A stretch of DNA of 63,309 bases, the filler included, from Octopus bimaculoides (lineage: Eukaryota), in assembly GCF_001194135.2 (NCBI RefSeq). It is 5 parts of 5 records of this genome, joined end to end, with 100 filler letters (N's around TTAATTAATTAA, not from the genome) between each part and the next. Parts side by side here need not be neighbours in the genome. Positions count along the whole stretch, not along the records: positions 1 to 18,378 come from NC_069004.1; 4 more parts are not named here. One strand, 5' to 3'. The position numbers and the translations under genes are program-made. Positions 1 to 10,202 of this stretch are shown in pieces; within the stretch, counting starts at the first letter, position 1, and each line of letters begins with the position of its first letter. Under the pieces are notes generated by a model. That model made no database searches and had not been told where the DNA came from. It saw nothing but the letters and a program-made list of their open reading frames with translations.

Positions 1-844
1 ATATATATATATACATATATATATGCATATATATGTATTACATATATATAAGGCATATATATATATATAATGCATATATATATATGTATATATATATAAT
101 GCACATATACATATATATGTCTATAATAGATGCATATATATAAAATAATATATATGTATCACATATCATCATAGCATAACTGACGTTACAAGATTATGAT
201 GACGATATGTAATACATATATATTATATATATATATATATAAGCATCTATATAAGTGTGTGTATGTGTGTGTGTGTGCATGCATAAATTTCTGTATGTAT
301 GCATACTGAACTCACAAACATATTCATCAGAAAAAGATATTACTTTTGTCTTGGAAACCAATATTATTCAGATAAAAATTGGCAACAGGAAGGGAAACAA
401 GAAGATAATTGCTATCCTTATACTTATGACATACCACTCATTATACACTCACGCAAGCATACTTGTATGTGTATGTACATGTGTGTGTGTATATATATTT
501 TTATTTATATGTATATATATATATATATATATATGAGGCATATAGATGTATATACATGTGTTTGATTACACTCTGAACAAATGTTGACCTGACATAAGGA
601 AGATTAATTTACCTGTTGATGCTTATGTGTCTGTGCACATGCATGTATGTGTGTGTGTGTATATATATATATATATACATGCACATACATACATACATAC
701 ATACATACACACACACATACAAATATGCATGCATGTATAGATTTGTATTAGCATACACTAATAAGTATATTTGTGCTGTATTAAAACATATGACTGGAAA
801 ATGTCTACAACTATTTCTCATTGTCCATGTGTGTGTGTGTGTGT

Positions 845-879
<35 letters not shown>

Positions 880-911
880 TGTGTGTGTGTGCGTGTTTGT
901 GTGTGTGTGTA
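1..911. repeat. Compound (TA)n/(TG)n/(CATA)n microsatellite field downstream of the FoxO stop
   Basis: Direct reading; the ORFs here are repeat translations. Confidence 0.9.
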
Positions 912-952
912 CTGGTTGATTTTTTGGGGAGAGGGATTCACCGGAGAAGATT

Positions 953-1982
953 CTATCCTGGAAGAGGGTCAAAGTTGAAATCCAAATTTTCATTCAAGCT
1001 GAGTTCATGCTGGATGACAGCCGCTACATCACATTCTAAGTTAGTGCTACTCCACAGCATTTCATAGTCAATGTCACAAGGATAGGTGCTTGGTTGACAG
1101 GAGACCACTGAGGAGTTGACAACGTCACTGTGCACATTGTCAAAGTCTAAATTATTGGTGTTAAGGACTCTCGATTGAATGGCTGATAAGTTTCCTCCGA
1201 TCTGGGGCATGTGGGCTCTCATTCCTCCATTTAAGCAGTTAGCTAGGGCATTCGTGCCCCTTAAACTACCGGCTGTGTTGCCCAATCGGCAATCTGATAT
1301 TGACGTAGTTGTTATGTTGTTGGAGGCAAGTAAGCAGGCTAAGTTGTTGTCCCCATAGGACGATGATTGTGACTGTGATGATGACGACGATGATGATGAT
1401 GTTTGAGACGAAATATTGTTACCGAATATGTCTCTTCCGTACGAAGTGTAAGGCTGGGTTACTGCAGCGTTAGTGTGGGCTCGCAATGGCTGTGCATTGT
1501 GCATGAGTGCTGCACGCAAGATCGAGTTAGTTGGGGGTGAGTGCATTTGCTGTTGCAGTAAATTCGAGGTACCAATCTTTGACTGAGCTGAGGTCTGTTG
1601 ATGATGGATTGACAAGTTGCTTTGAGACTGTGGCTGCTGCTGCTGCTGCTGCTGCTTCTGTTGTTGTTGTTGCTGTTGTTGTTGCTGCTGTTGCTGTTGT
1701 TGTTGCTGCTGTTGCTGCTGCTGCACCTGTGCCACTTTAGAAATTGACTGAGAGTAACCGCTGTGAATTGCAACACCAGAAGAAGCAACGACAGATGCAG
1801 ACACTGCACCGAGAGCCAGTTGCTTCTTATCAAGTCCTGCAGTATTTGTTGCAATATTGCACGGGTGCACTTGAGTGTGTGAAATTGCTATGGTATGAAG
1901 CTGCACTTGTGGCTGATCTTGCAGATGCATTTGGGATGCAGTCTGGGGCCTTGATTGACTTTGCTGAATTTGTTGCTGTTGT

Positions 1983-2014
<32 letters not shown>

Positions 2015-3054
2015 CTGTTGTACAGCAGCGGCGGCAAGTTGTGCTGCATCCTGGAGACTGGCATTCAGCTGATTCGGTGTCTCCGTGTTGACTATTGACT
2101 TCAAGATAGAATCGGATTGGCCGTAGATGTCCAGTCCATTCTGTAATGTGTTCAAACTGACACCGCTGTAGCTGTCATGGCCAGACAGAGAGAGCGCATC
2201 CAAGGCAGTCAGTTGATTCTGTGGACTGGTCTGCTGTGATTGCACTTGTTTGTTGGACTGCTGTGACTGCGAACTGGTGCGGATGTGTTCTGAATAGGGT
2301 GGCGGCGGTGGTGGGGNNNNNNNNNNNNNNNNNNNNNNNNNNNNNNNNNNNNNNNNNNNNNNNNNNNNNNNNNNNNNNNNNNNNNNNNNNNNNNNNNNNN
2401 NNNNNNNNNNNNNNNNNNNGGAGGCGGGGCAGACGGCCCGTTGTAGCTGCTGAATTGGTTGTACGAGGTTGCCTGCGTGGCACTGGCGGCGGCCGTCGTG
2501 TACCTCCTCACCGAACCGCCCGACAGCATGTGTTGATGGTGAAGCCCCTCGTCGGTCAGATTCATACTGCCTGGCAAGGAATCGACTAGCTGGTCGGCGT
2601 AGCTATCAATAGATGGACCCTCGGTTTCCATCTCAGCGTTCCAAGGAATAGGAGACATAGGTGGCACCTGATTATCATGGAGGTCAGGCTCAACCACAGC
2701 TTGTATCGGAGAGAGACGACCACAGCTGCTGGCGTTAGAGCTGGCACGGGGCCGAAAATCAAAATCTGGACTGAGCTGGAAGCCTGGCACTGGAGAATCG
2801 GTCAACAAGTCGCCATCGCTACTTGTTGTTGGACTGTTTCCACCTTGTTCCAGAGCTCGTAGTTGGTCAGCTTTCTTTTTGGCACGGTTCTTCTTCTTCT
2901 CGTAGACTTTGGTCTCCATACTGCCAGCACGGCGCCGTGGAGACTTACCTGGTTTTGCGTCGGGGTTAATGACCCACCAGGAACTCTTGCCCGAACCCTC
3001 GTTGGGGACTCGCATGAATCTGTTATGTAGGGACAAGTTGTGACGAATTGAGTT
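953..3054 (-). CDS. foxo: FoxO forkhead transcription factor, final coding exon (C-terminal half of the forkhead domain to the stop); interrupted by the N gap 2317-2419
   Basis: Acceptor ttttctttttgcag|AAC at 3055/3054, phase 0. Translation [46 protein letters not shown] is the FoxO forkhead C-half plus an Akt site; [17 protein letters not shown] is the third Akt/CK1 region; [24 protein letters not shown] is the CR3 motif; TAG at 955-953. ORFs 2209..3126 and 953..2245 are one exon: both gap flanks read as poly-Pro (SAPP.. / ..[11 protein letters not shown]). Confidence 0.97.
1634..1723 (-). repeat. Coding CAG/CAA tract, Q22-K-Q7
   Basis: 30 codons counted in the FoxO frame. Confidence 0.95.
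1970..2020 (-). repeat. Coding CAG/CAA tract, about Q17
   Basis: 17 CAA/CAG codons counted in the FoxO frame. Confidence 0.9.
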
Positions 3055-3090
3055 CTGCAAAAGAAAAAATATAAAAAGCATATTAGAACA
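3055..3090 (-). promoter_or_regulatory. Splice acceptor with polypyrimidine tract and possible branch point for the FoxO exon
   Basis: Minus strand reads ttctaatatgctttttatattttttcttttgcag|; CTAAT-type branch motif about 30 nt upstream of the AG. Confidence 0.85.
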
Positions 3091-3127
3091 ACAAAAAACA
3101 ATGAGTGGGAAATGAAAATTCAACATA

Positions 3128-3354
3128 AATAATAATAATAATAATCCTTTCTGCTATAGGCACAACGCCTGAAATTTTGGGGGAGGGGACTAGTCAATTA
3201 AATCAAACCCCAGTATTTCACTGGTACTTAATTTATCAACCCCAAAAAGATGAAAGTTGACTTTGGCAGAATTTGAACTCAGAATATAAAGATAGACGAA
3301 ATGCCACGAAACATTTTGCCTGGCATGCTAACGACTCTGCCAGCTCACTGCCTT
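3128..3354 (-). mobile_element. tRNA-derived SINE, family B, near full length with (ATT)n tail
   Basis: Minus strand: gagctggcagagtcgttagcatgcc head, ttctgagttcaaattc B-box, core aactttcatc...gttgataaattaagtaccag; same family at 7795, 7945, 23215, 33470, 51575 and 53240. Confidence 0.8.
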
Positions 3355-3851
3355 AATAATAATAATAATCATAAATTCAACATAAATAATAACAATAATT
3401 ATAACAACAATAACAACAATGACAACTTCTATCAGAGATACAAAGCACCAAATTTGGTCATAAAGTCAGTGAATTATATCAGGCTCTTTATTCAAGTGGT
3501 TCTCCATGTAAGTGCTCCTGGTGGGATGATAAGCAAAGTTGACAACAGCAAAATTTGAAACCAGAATGGATACAGCAGTAACTAGATGCCACAGTGTCTA
3601 CTGATTCTGCCAATCTCCCACCCAAACGACAACAATAACAACAGCAAATAAAAACACACGGAAAAAAGAAAACGAAAATAAAAGCCCCACATGCACACTG
3701 ATAGACATTGCAATCCTGACTGAAATATTGTCCCAAGTGGGAAAAAATCAGTCAAAATATAAGGATTTTGTTATTTGACGATTTGAAATGAGAGGTATGA
3801 AAGTGAAAATGGTACAGGTGGCACATTAAGGTATGAAAAAAAAATTAACAA

Positions 3852-3930
3852 GCATGGCTGTGTGGTAGGAAGCTTGCTTCCCAACCACATGGTTCTGGGT
3901 TCAATCCCACTGCAGAAACTAAAAGAAGCC
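3852..3930 (+). mobile_element. SINE family A head, internally deleted
   Basis: ggctgtgtggtaggaagcttgcttcccaaccacatggttctgggttcaatccc matches many other copies in the window. Confidence 0.8.
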
Positions 3931-3974
3931 TATCATGTGTACACACACAAACACACACATCCACTGAACTCAAC

Positions 3975-4140
3975 ATGCTTTTCTTATTCTCTCTCTGTTT
4001 ATTTCCTATTATTCCTTTTTGTTGAAGGGCGTAGGCTCGAAGCGTAAAAGACTTTTCCATTTTTCCTGAGTGTCAAACTAATACACTTGCTTGTTGTTCC
4101 TACATCTGCCTTCATCTTTTGTTTTTCTATAAATTTCAAG
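3975..4140 (+). mobile_element. Dispersed repeat, possibly Penelope-derived; inverse copy at 58945-59140 and partial copy at 31280-31365
   Basis: gttgaagggcgtaggctcgaagcgtaaaagac...aaactaatacac aligns with the reverse complement of 58960-59065. Confidence 0.6.
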
Positions 4141-4650
4141 TATGAATTTATGTGCATATTCCAGCTCCTCTCACTTCTTTGGAGTAGAGTGCATATAATT
4201 TTTGAAACATATGTCGGAATTAAAGGAACTTATTGATTATATGCGTTTTGCTCCATTTATTATTATTCTTCATATCTACTCAAAATACATCACTTTAACT
4301 TGGTATTTCTACCTATTAACCGGGCATGATATCCCAGTTTTTGTGATTTTTGTTGCCCTGGTAACTATTAACATATTTGCATCATTGAAGTTTTTTCAAC
4401 CGAGATGATATTAATATATACATAAATCTCTCTCTCTCTCTATATATATATATATTATGTATATATATTATGTATATATNNNNNNNNNNNNNNNNNNNNN
4501 NNNNNNNNNNNNNNNNNNNNNNNNNNNNNNNNNNNNNNNNNNNNNNNNNNNNNNNNNNNNNNNNNNNNNNNNNNNNNNNNNNNNNNNNNNNNNNNNNNNN
4601 NNNNNNNNNNNNNNNNNNNNNNNNNNNNNNNNNNNNNNNNNNNNNNNNNN

Positions 4651-4692
<42 letters not shown>

Positions 4693-5049
4693 TGGTGTAA
4701 TTCTGTTTCAGTGAGGAACAGAATTATACTATGAGACACGGATATACAAAAACCAAGGAGAAATAAACAGACACACAGACAGATAGAACCAGAATACTTA
4801 CTTATTCACATATGTAGTATAAGAAAATCTATCCTTCCTCATGCACCACTTTACACACACACACACACACCATATATACTGGCTCCTCCCCTCTTCAACC
4901 CACCCCCCTTTTCTGTTATTTAATTTCCTTTCATGCATTAGAAGCCGGAAATAACAAGTGTTTGCCGAGAAAGCTGGTATTATTAAAATATAAGACAAAG
5001 ATATTCCACCACATAGCTTTGTGACACTGAAAGCTCTGATATCTCTTCT

Positions 5050-5532
5050 ATCTTGGGGCCATGCTGGGGCACCGCCTTGGACGATTCTAGTCAAACAAAT
5101 TGACCTCAGTACCTTTTTTTTGTTTCCTTTAAAGCCTGGAATTTATTCTATCGATCTTTTTCCCTGAACTGCTAGGTTATGGGGATGTAAATATACCAAC
5201 ACTGGTTGTCAAGCAGTGATGGGGTACAAATACAAAGACACACACATGTAAAACACCCTTTCTTCCCATCCCTGAGCGTCTTTTAATACTTTGCATGTAC
5301 CACATCCTTGTGTTGTTGTCTTTTACTTGTGTTTTGTCTTTGTTTTTTGGGATTAATTATAGATATATATATAATATATATATAATGGACTTCTTCCAGT
5401 TCCCAAAGCTACTCACAGGACTCTGGTTGGCCGTAGTAGAAGACACTTATCCAAAGTGCCACCTAGTGGGACTTAGCCTGGAACCATGTAGTTGGGAAAC
5501 AAACTTTTTACCGCACAGCCACACCTGTGCCT
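5050..5532 (-). mobile_element. SINE family A, degenerate, head plus tail with internal microsatellite
   Basis: Tail gccatgctggggcaccgcc...ggttgtcaagc and head ...ggaaccatgtagttgggaaac...cacagcc in reverse. Confidence 0.75.
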
Positions 5533-5759
5533 GTCCACGAGTGGCACACGTGCCAGTGGAGCGCTAACAGTGCCATCTGAGTGGGATCATTGCCAGATCA
5601 GTGGTCTTGCTTCTGTGCCGGGAGCACATAAAAAGCACCATTTGAGCATGATCGTTTCCAGCTTCCCCTTCCTGGCACTTGTGCCAGTGGCATGTGAACA
5701 AAGCATTGGATTGACTCCTGTGCAGGTGGCACATATATATCAGGTAGGTGCAGGTGGCA

Positions 5760-5930
5760 CATCATCATCATCATCATTTAATGTCCGCTTTCCATGCTAG
5801 CATGGGTTGGACGATTTGACTGAGGACTGGCGAACCAGATGGTTACACCAGACTCCAATCTGATCTGGCAGAGTTTCTACAGCTNNNNNNNNNNATGCCC
5901 TTCCTAACGCCAACCACTCCAAGAGTGCAC
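5760..5930 (-). mobile_element. RTE-associated 3' end (family C) with (ATG)n tail
   Basis: catcatcatcatttaatgtccgctttccatgctagcatgggttggacg...gcccttcctaacgccaacc; near-identical to 13178-13420. Confidence 0.75.
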
Positions 5931-5957
5931 GTATATATATATATATATATATATATC

Positions 5958-6359
5958 AGGCATGTGCCAGCAGTAATTAGGGTGGGCAGTTGGTGACCTT
6001 TATGTAGTAAAACACACAAAAAATAAGAGAAACACAAGTGTGTGACTGAGTTGAAGGCAGATTTACTTCTGCCTTTATAGTACATAAAGAAAACATTGTT
6101 GTAGAAATGTACACAGCACATGTACTACAGCAGTATTGTGCATAGCTTAAATACTGAGAATGAAATGCAGGGGTGAATTATGCCAATCTAATCTACAAAA
6201 CAATAAAATATTTTGCATTTTATGCATAGTAATCAGAGGTAATCAGAGTAACCTTCATAATTTTATTGAATTAGGTACATAAACGGAAAATGTTGCTATC
6301 AATCTATTTTATTCAAGGCAGGCAGTGCCTACCCTGCCTACCTAAGCAGCATGTCCCTG
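5958..6359. mobile_element. Possible old non-autonomous DNA transposon
   Basis: Imperfect terminal inverted repeats caggcatgtgcc / gcatgtccctg with inner tagggtgggcag / ctaccctgcctacc motifs. Confidence 0.3.
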
Positions 6360-6367
6360 ATGTATAA

Positions 6368-7101
6368 CATCATCATCATCATTTAGCATCCATTTTTCAT
6401 GCTGGCATGGGTTGGACGGCTTGACTAGGGTCTGGAAAGCCAATGGCTACACCAGGTTCCAATCTGATCTAGCAATGTTTCTACAGCTGGATACCCTTCC
6501 TAACATCAACCACTCCGAGAGTGTAGTAGGTGCTTTTTATGTGCCACTGACACAGGAGTCAGTCAGGCGGGCTTGGCATCGATCATGCTCAGATAGTGCT
6601 TTTTACATGTCACTGGTACGGGGGCCAGTTAGGGGGTACTGGCATCAACCACATTTGGTTGGCGTTTTTTGTATGCCACCGACACGAGATCCAGTCAAGG
6701 GGTACTGGCAGCGGCCACGTTCAGTTGGTGCATCAACCACGTTCAGATGGTGCTTTTTACGTGCCACCAACATGGGAGCCAGTCATGGGGTACTGGCCAC
6801 AGCTAAGATATTGGTTTTATATGACTCAACAGGTCTTCTCAAGCATATCATATCGCACAACGCATCAGGGATACTCTTAACTGGGCCAGACATGCATGGC
6901 TGCAATCTCACTTTAGTTTCCAGGTCTTCTCAATCAAAGGTCTCGGTCTTTTGTCATTTCCTCTGTGAGGCCCAATGTTCGAAGGTCATGCTTCATCACC
7001 TCATCCCATGTCTTCCTGGTCTACCGCTTCCACAGGTTCCTTCCACAGTTAGAGATCAGCACTTCCTCACACAACTGTCTTCATCCATACATAACAGTCA
7101 T
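6368..7101 (-). mobile_element. RTE-clade LINE 3' end: ORF2 C-terminal remnant, 3' region with ~70-bp subrepeats, (ATG)n tail
   Basis: Minus strand translates to MDEDSCVRKC*SLTVEGTCGSGRP-KTWDEVMKHDLRTLGLTEEMTKDRDL, typical of an RTE C-terminus; it continues into the family C tail. Confidence 0.75.
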
Positions 7102-7287
7102 CTGTTTTGACTTGGTTTCTATGGTTTGATGCCCTTCCTAATGCCAACCAATTCACAGAGTGTAGTGGGTGCCTTAAAGGTGTCACTGGCACTGACCATA
7201 TCTATAATTTGATTCAGCTTGTCATACATATATACATATAAATATATATGTTGAGTAATGACTGAAAGAATAGAATCATGAATATAA

Positions 7288-7650
7288 ATGACTGAAACGG
7301 GGTTCTTCCAAAGGGTTTCTGGAGTGATGTTACTCAACAGGGTGCATGGTTCAGCAATCAAGTGGTCTCTCCAGGTGGAGCTGCTACTTCTCTGCACTGA
7401 GAGGCCACAGCTCTGGTGCTATAGACAAGTGATTAGAATGGCACAGGAAAGAATTGCAAGACAGATTCTTCAAACTGAGTCACCTTGTTGGAGACTCAGG
7501 AAGTAGACCAAGAATGAGATGATTGGATAATATCCACAGTCTTAGTTGGTCACACTTGGGAATCCAACCATGAAGTGTAATGATGGTTGCTTTTGATAGG
7601 ACTCTATGGAGGAGGTGCCTAAGGGCTCTACTCCTACAATCAACCTCCCC
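7288..7650 (+). mobile_element. RTE-clade LINE ORF2 C-terminal fragment (second RTE family), degenerate
   Basis: TETGFFQRVSGVMLLNRVHGSAIKWSLQVELLLLCTERPQLWCYRQVIRMAQERIARQILQ...RPRMR*LDNIHSLSWS with stops and frameshifts; homologous to 46310-46900. Confidence 0.75.
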
Positions 7651-7794
7651 CACGCCAGGAATAGTGGGTGGAGTGCAAGGATGGGTGGGATATATCGATA
7701 TACATATACAACAGGCTTCTTTCACTCCGCCTTGGCGTATACTTCCACTGTGTCTGATACTTCTATTAGTTTTTTCTGATATCTTCTCTATCAC

Positions 7795-8235
7795 CCCATC
7801 GAAGTCAACTTTGCCTTTCATCCTTTTAGGGTTGATAAATTAAGTATCAGTTGTGTACTGGGGTCAATCTAATTGATTGACCCCCTCTCCAAAAATTTCG
7901 GGCCATGTGCCTAAAGTAGAAAAGAATATCTTTTCTGTCACTATAAGGCAGCAATCTAGCAGAGTGATTAACATGTGATTAGCAGAGTGATTAGCATGGG
8001 ATTAACAGAGTGATTAGCATGTAATTAGCAGAGTGATTAGCATGCCAGGCAAAATGCTTAGCAGCATTTTATCCATCCTCATATTCTGAGTCTAAACTCT
8101 ACCGAGGTCAACTTTGCCTTACATCCTTTCAGGGTCGATAAAATAAGTACCAGTTGAATACTGGGGGTTGACCTAATCGACTTACCCACCTCCTCTGAGC
8201 TTGCTGGCCTTGTGCCAAAATTTGAAAGCAATATC
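7795..8235 (+). mobile_element. Two tandem family B SINEs; the second has a tandemly expanded head
   Basis: Two gaggtcaactttgcctt...gtcgataaa cores; the second copy is flanked by tctgtcactataa / tctatcactataa (TSD-like). Confidence 0.75.
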
Positions 8236-8271
8236 TCTATCACTATAAACAATATTCACCGGCCTTTTATC

Positions 8272-8570
8272 TCATACTTGTTTCAGTTATTAGACACCTT
8301 GAAGAATTTTCAGATGAATGAATCAACCCCAGATCTTATTTTTATATTTTTTTAAAGCCTGGTACTTATTCTATCAGTCTCTTTTGCCAAACTGCTAGGT
8401 TACAGGGATGTAAGCACACCAACACTGGTTGTCAAGCGATGGGCAAACACAGACTCACACACACATACGCCAGACTTCTTTCAGTTGCCCAAGATACCAC
8501 GCTGTGTGACTGAACCCAGAACCATGTGATTGAGAAGCAAGCTTCTTATCACACAACCACACTGGCACCT

Positions 8571-8609
<39 letters not shown>

Positions 8610-8760
8610 GCTTCTTTCAGTTTCCATCAACAAAATCTACTCACAAGGCTTTGATCAGTCTGGAGCTATAGTAGAAGACAATTGCACAAGGTAGCATGCA
8701 GGGCAACTGAGCCCAAAACTATGTTGTTGTAAAGTAAACGTCTTACCATATAGCCATGTC
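8272..8760 (-). mobile_element. SINE family A copies (one deleted copy plus a head fragment)
   Basis: Family A tail and head motifs in reverse. Confidence 0.7.
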
Positions 8761-8766
8761 TGTAGG

Positions 8767-8806
<40 letters not shown>

Positions 8807-9570
8807 TGTGTGTATGCAAACATGCCTTTCATCATGTCTAGGGTCATTAAAATGAATTATTAGATGAATATCATGACAAATTATTCCTTTATTCCTGTAC
8901 CCCAAATGTTAAATATGGGTCTAACAAAATCATAATTATTTCATAATAACAATTAAAACAGTTGTAGTTGATTAAATGAATAAATACCACAGTATATGGT
9001 ACACTGTATTGAATTACTTCCCCTTACATCAAGAGTCCTTATATCACTAGTGTTAACGTTGCCTCTCAGCTCACCAAAATTTAACTAAGTACCAGTAATA
9101 TGTCAGGCTTTTTGGTTCAACTCACTATTCTCCACTTGCAGTTTTTTTTTAATCATCCTTTACACGTGCACGCACACACACATACAAAACCATACACACT
9201 GATACACAAGGATACTTATGCATATAGCCACACAGTAACATACGCACATTCATACACCTATAAAATATTCATCCACACACACACGTTAAGACCTGCACAT
9301 ACATACATGAAGGAGTGTAGCGTATACTTTTATCAATTTCCGTCATATCCTATATTACAGTGAAGTGGCTGTTCCGTATGTATGTGTGTGAGGTAGAGTG
9401 TGTGCTTTTAAAAATACACGCATATACATATACACACACACTCAAACAAATATGTATGCAGGATGGTAGCTGCATATCAATGAATAAGATTCACACTCAC
9501 ATACGCACGTATTCATAATGCTCCTGTCACATTACATCTCCCTTCTAGGACCTCATCTCTTCAATCATAT

Positions 9571-9614
<44 letters not shown>

Positions 9615-9617
<3 letters not shown>

Positions 9618-9824
9618 TCTATTCATTTACTTGTTTCAGTCATTTGACAGCAGCCATGCTGGAGCACCATCTTTAGTCGAACAAACTGACCCCAGGACTT
9701 ATTCATTGTAAGCCTAGTACTTATTGTATCGGTATATTTTACTGAACTTCTAAGTTACAGGGACATAAACACACCAACATCGGTTGTCAAGTGATGGTGG
9801 GTAAACAGACACACGCATTTATAT

Positions 9825-9856
<32 letters not shown>

Positions 9857-10030
9857 TTGTATGTATACAACAGGCTTCTTTTGGTTGTCATCTACCAAAT
9901 CCACTCACAAGGCTTTGGTCAGCCCAAGGCTATAGTAGAAGACACTGGCCCAAGGTGACATGCAGTAGGACTGAACCCGGAACCATGTGGTTGGGAAGCA
10001 AGCTTCTTACCACACAGCCACACTGTACCT
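9615..10030 (-). mobile_element. SINE family A, full length
   Basis: ttacttgtttcagtcatttgacagcagccatgctggagcacc tail through ...cttcttaccacacagccac head. Confidence 0.85.
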
Positions 10031-10202
10031 GTAATTGTAAACTTTGAGCAGTCCAAGGTAGGTAGAAAAAACAACTTAACTTTCAGGAACAATAATTTAT
10101 TGGCATTAAAGATTGTACGCTTTTCCCATATCAAAGTTTGATAAGCTCAAAGAAGTTTTTATAAGGTTCATGGTTAGCAACTAGAGCAGCAAGTAAAAAT
10201 CC

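Noticed and set aside
255-941. ORFs made of CV/YI/HT dipeptides here and throughout, and all X-filled ORFs
   Set aside because: Translations of microsatellites or N gaps.
953-3126. ORFs 2209..3126 and 953..2245 as two separate genes with their listed start codons
   Set aside because: They are one spliced FoxO exon; the first ORF's N-terminus is intron sequence upstream of the acceptor and the frame shift falls in the N gap.
3852-3930. tRNA genes at tRNA-like heads (also 10609, 47730, 49612, 51575)
   Set aside because: A/B boxes only, no full cloverleaf, and each continues into a SINE body.
6412-7110. 232-aa plus-strand ORF
   Set aside because: Antisense read-through of an RTE 3' end and its subrepeats.
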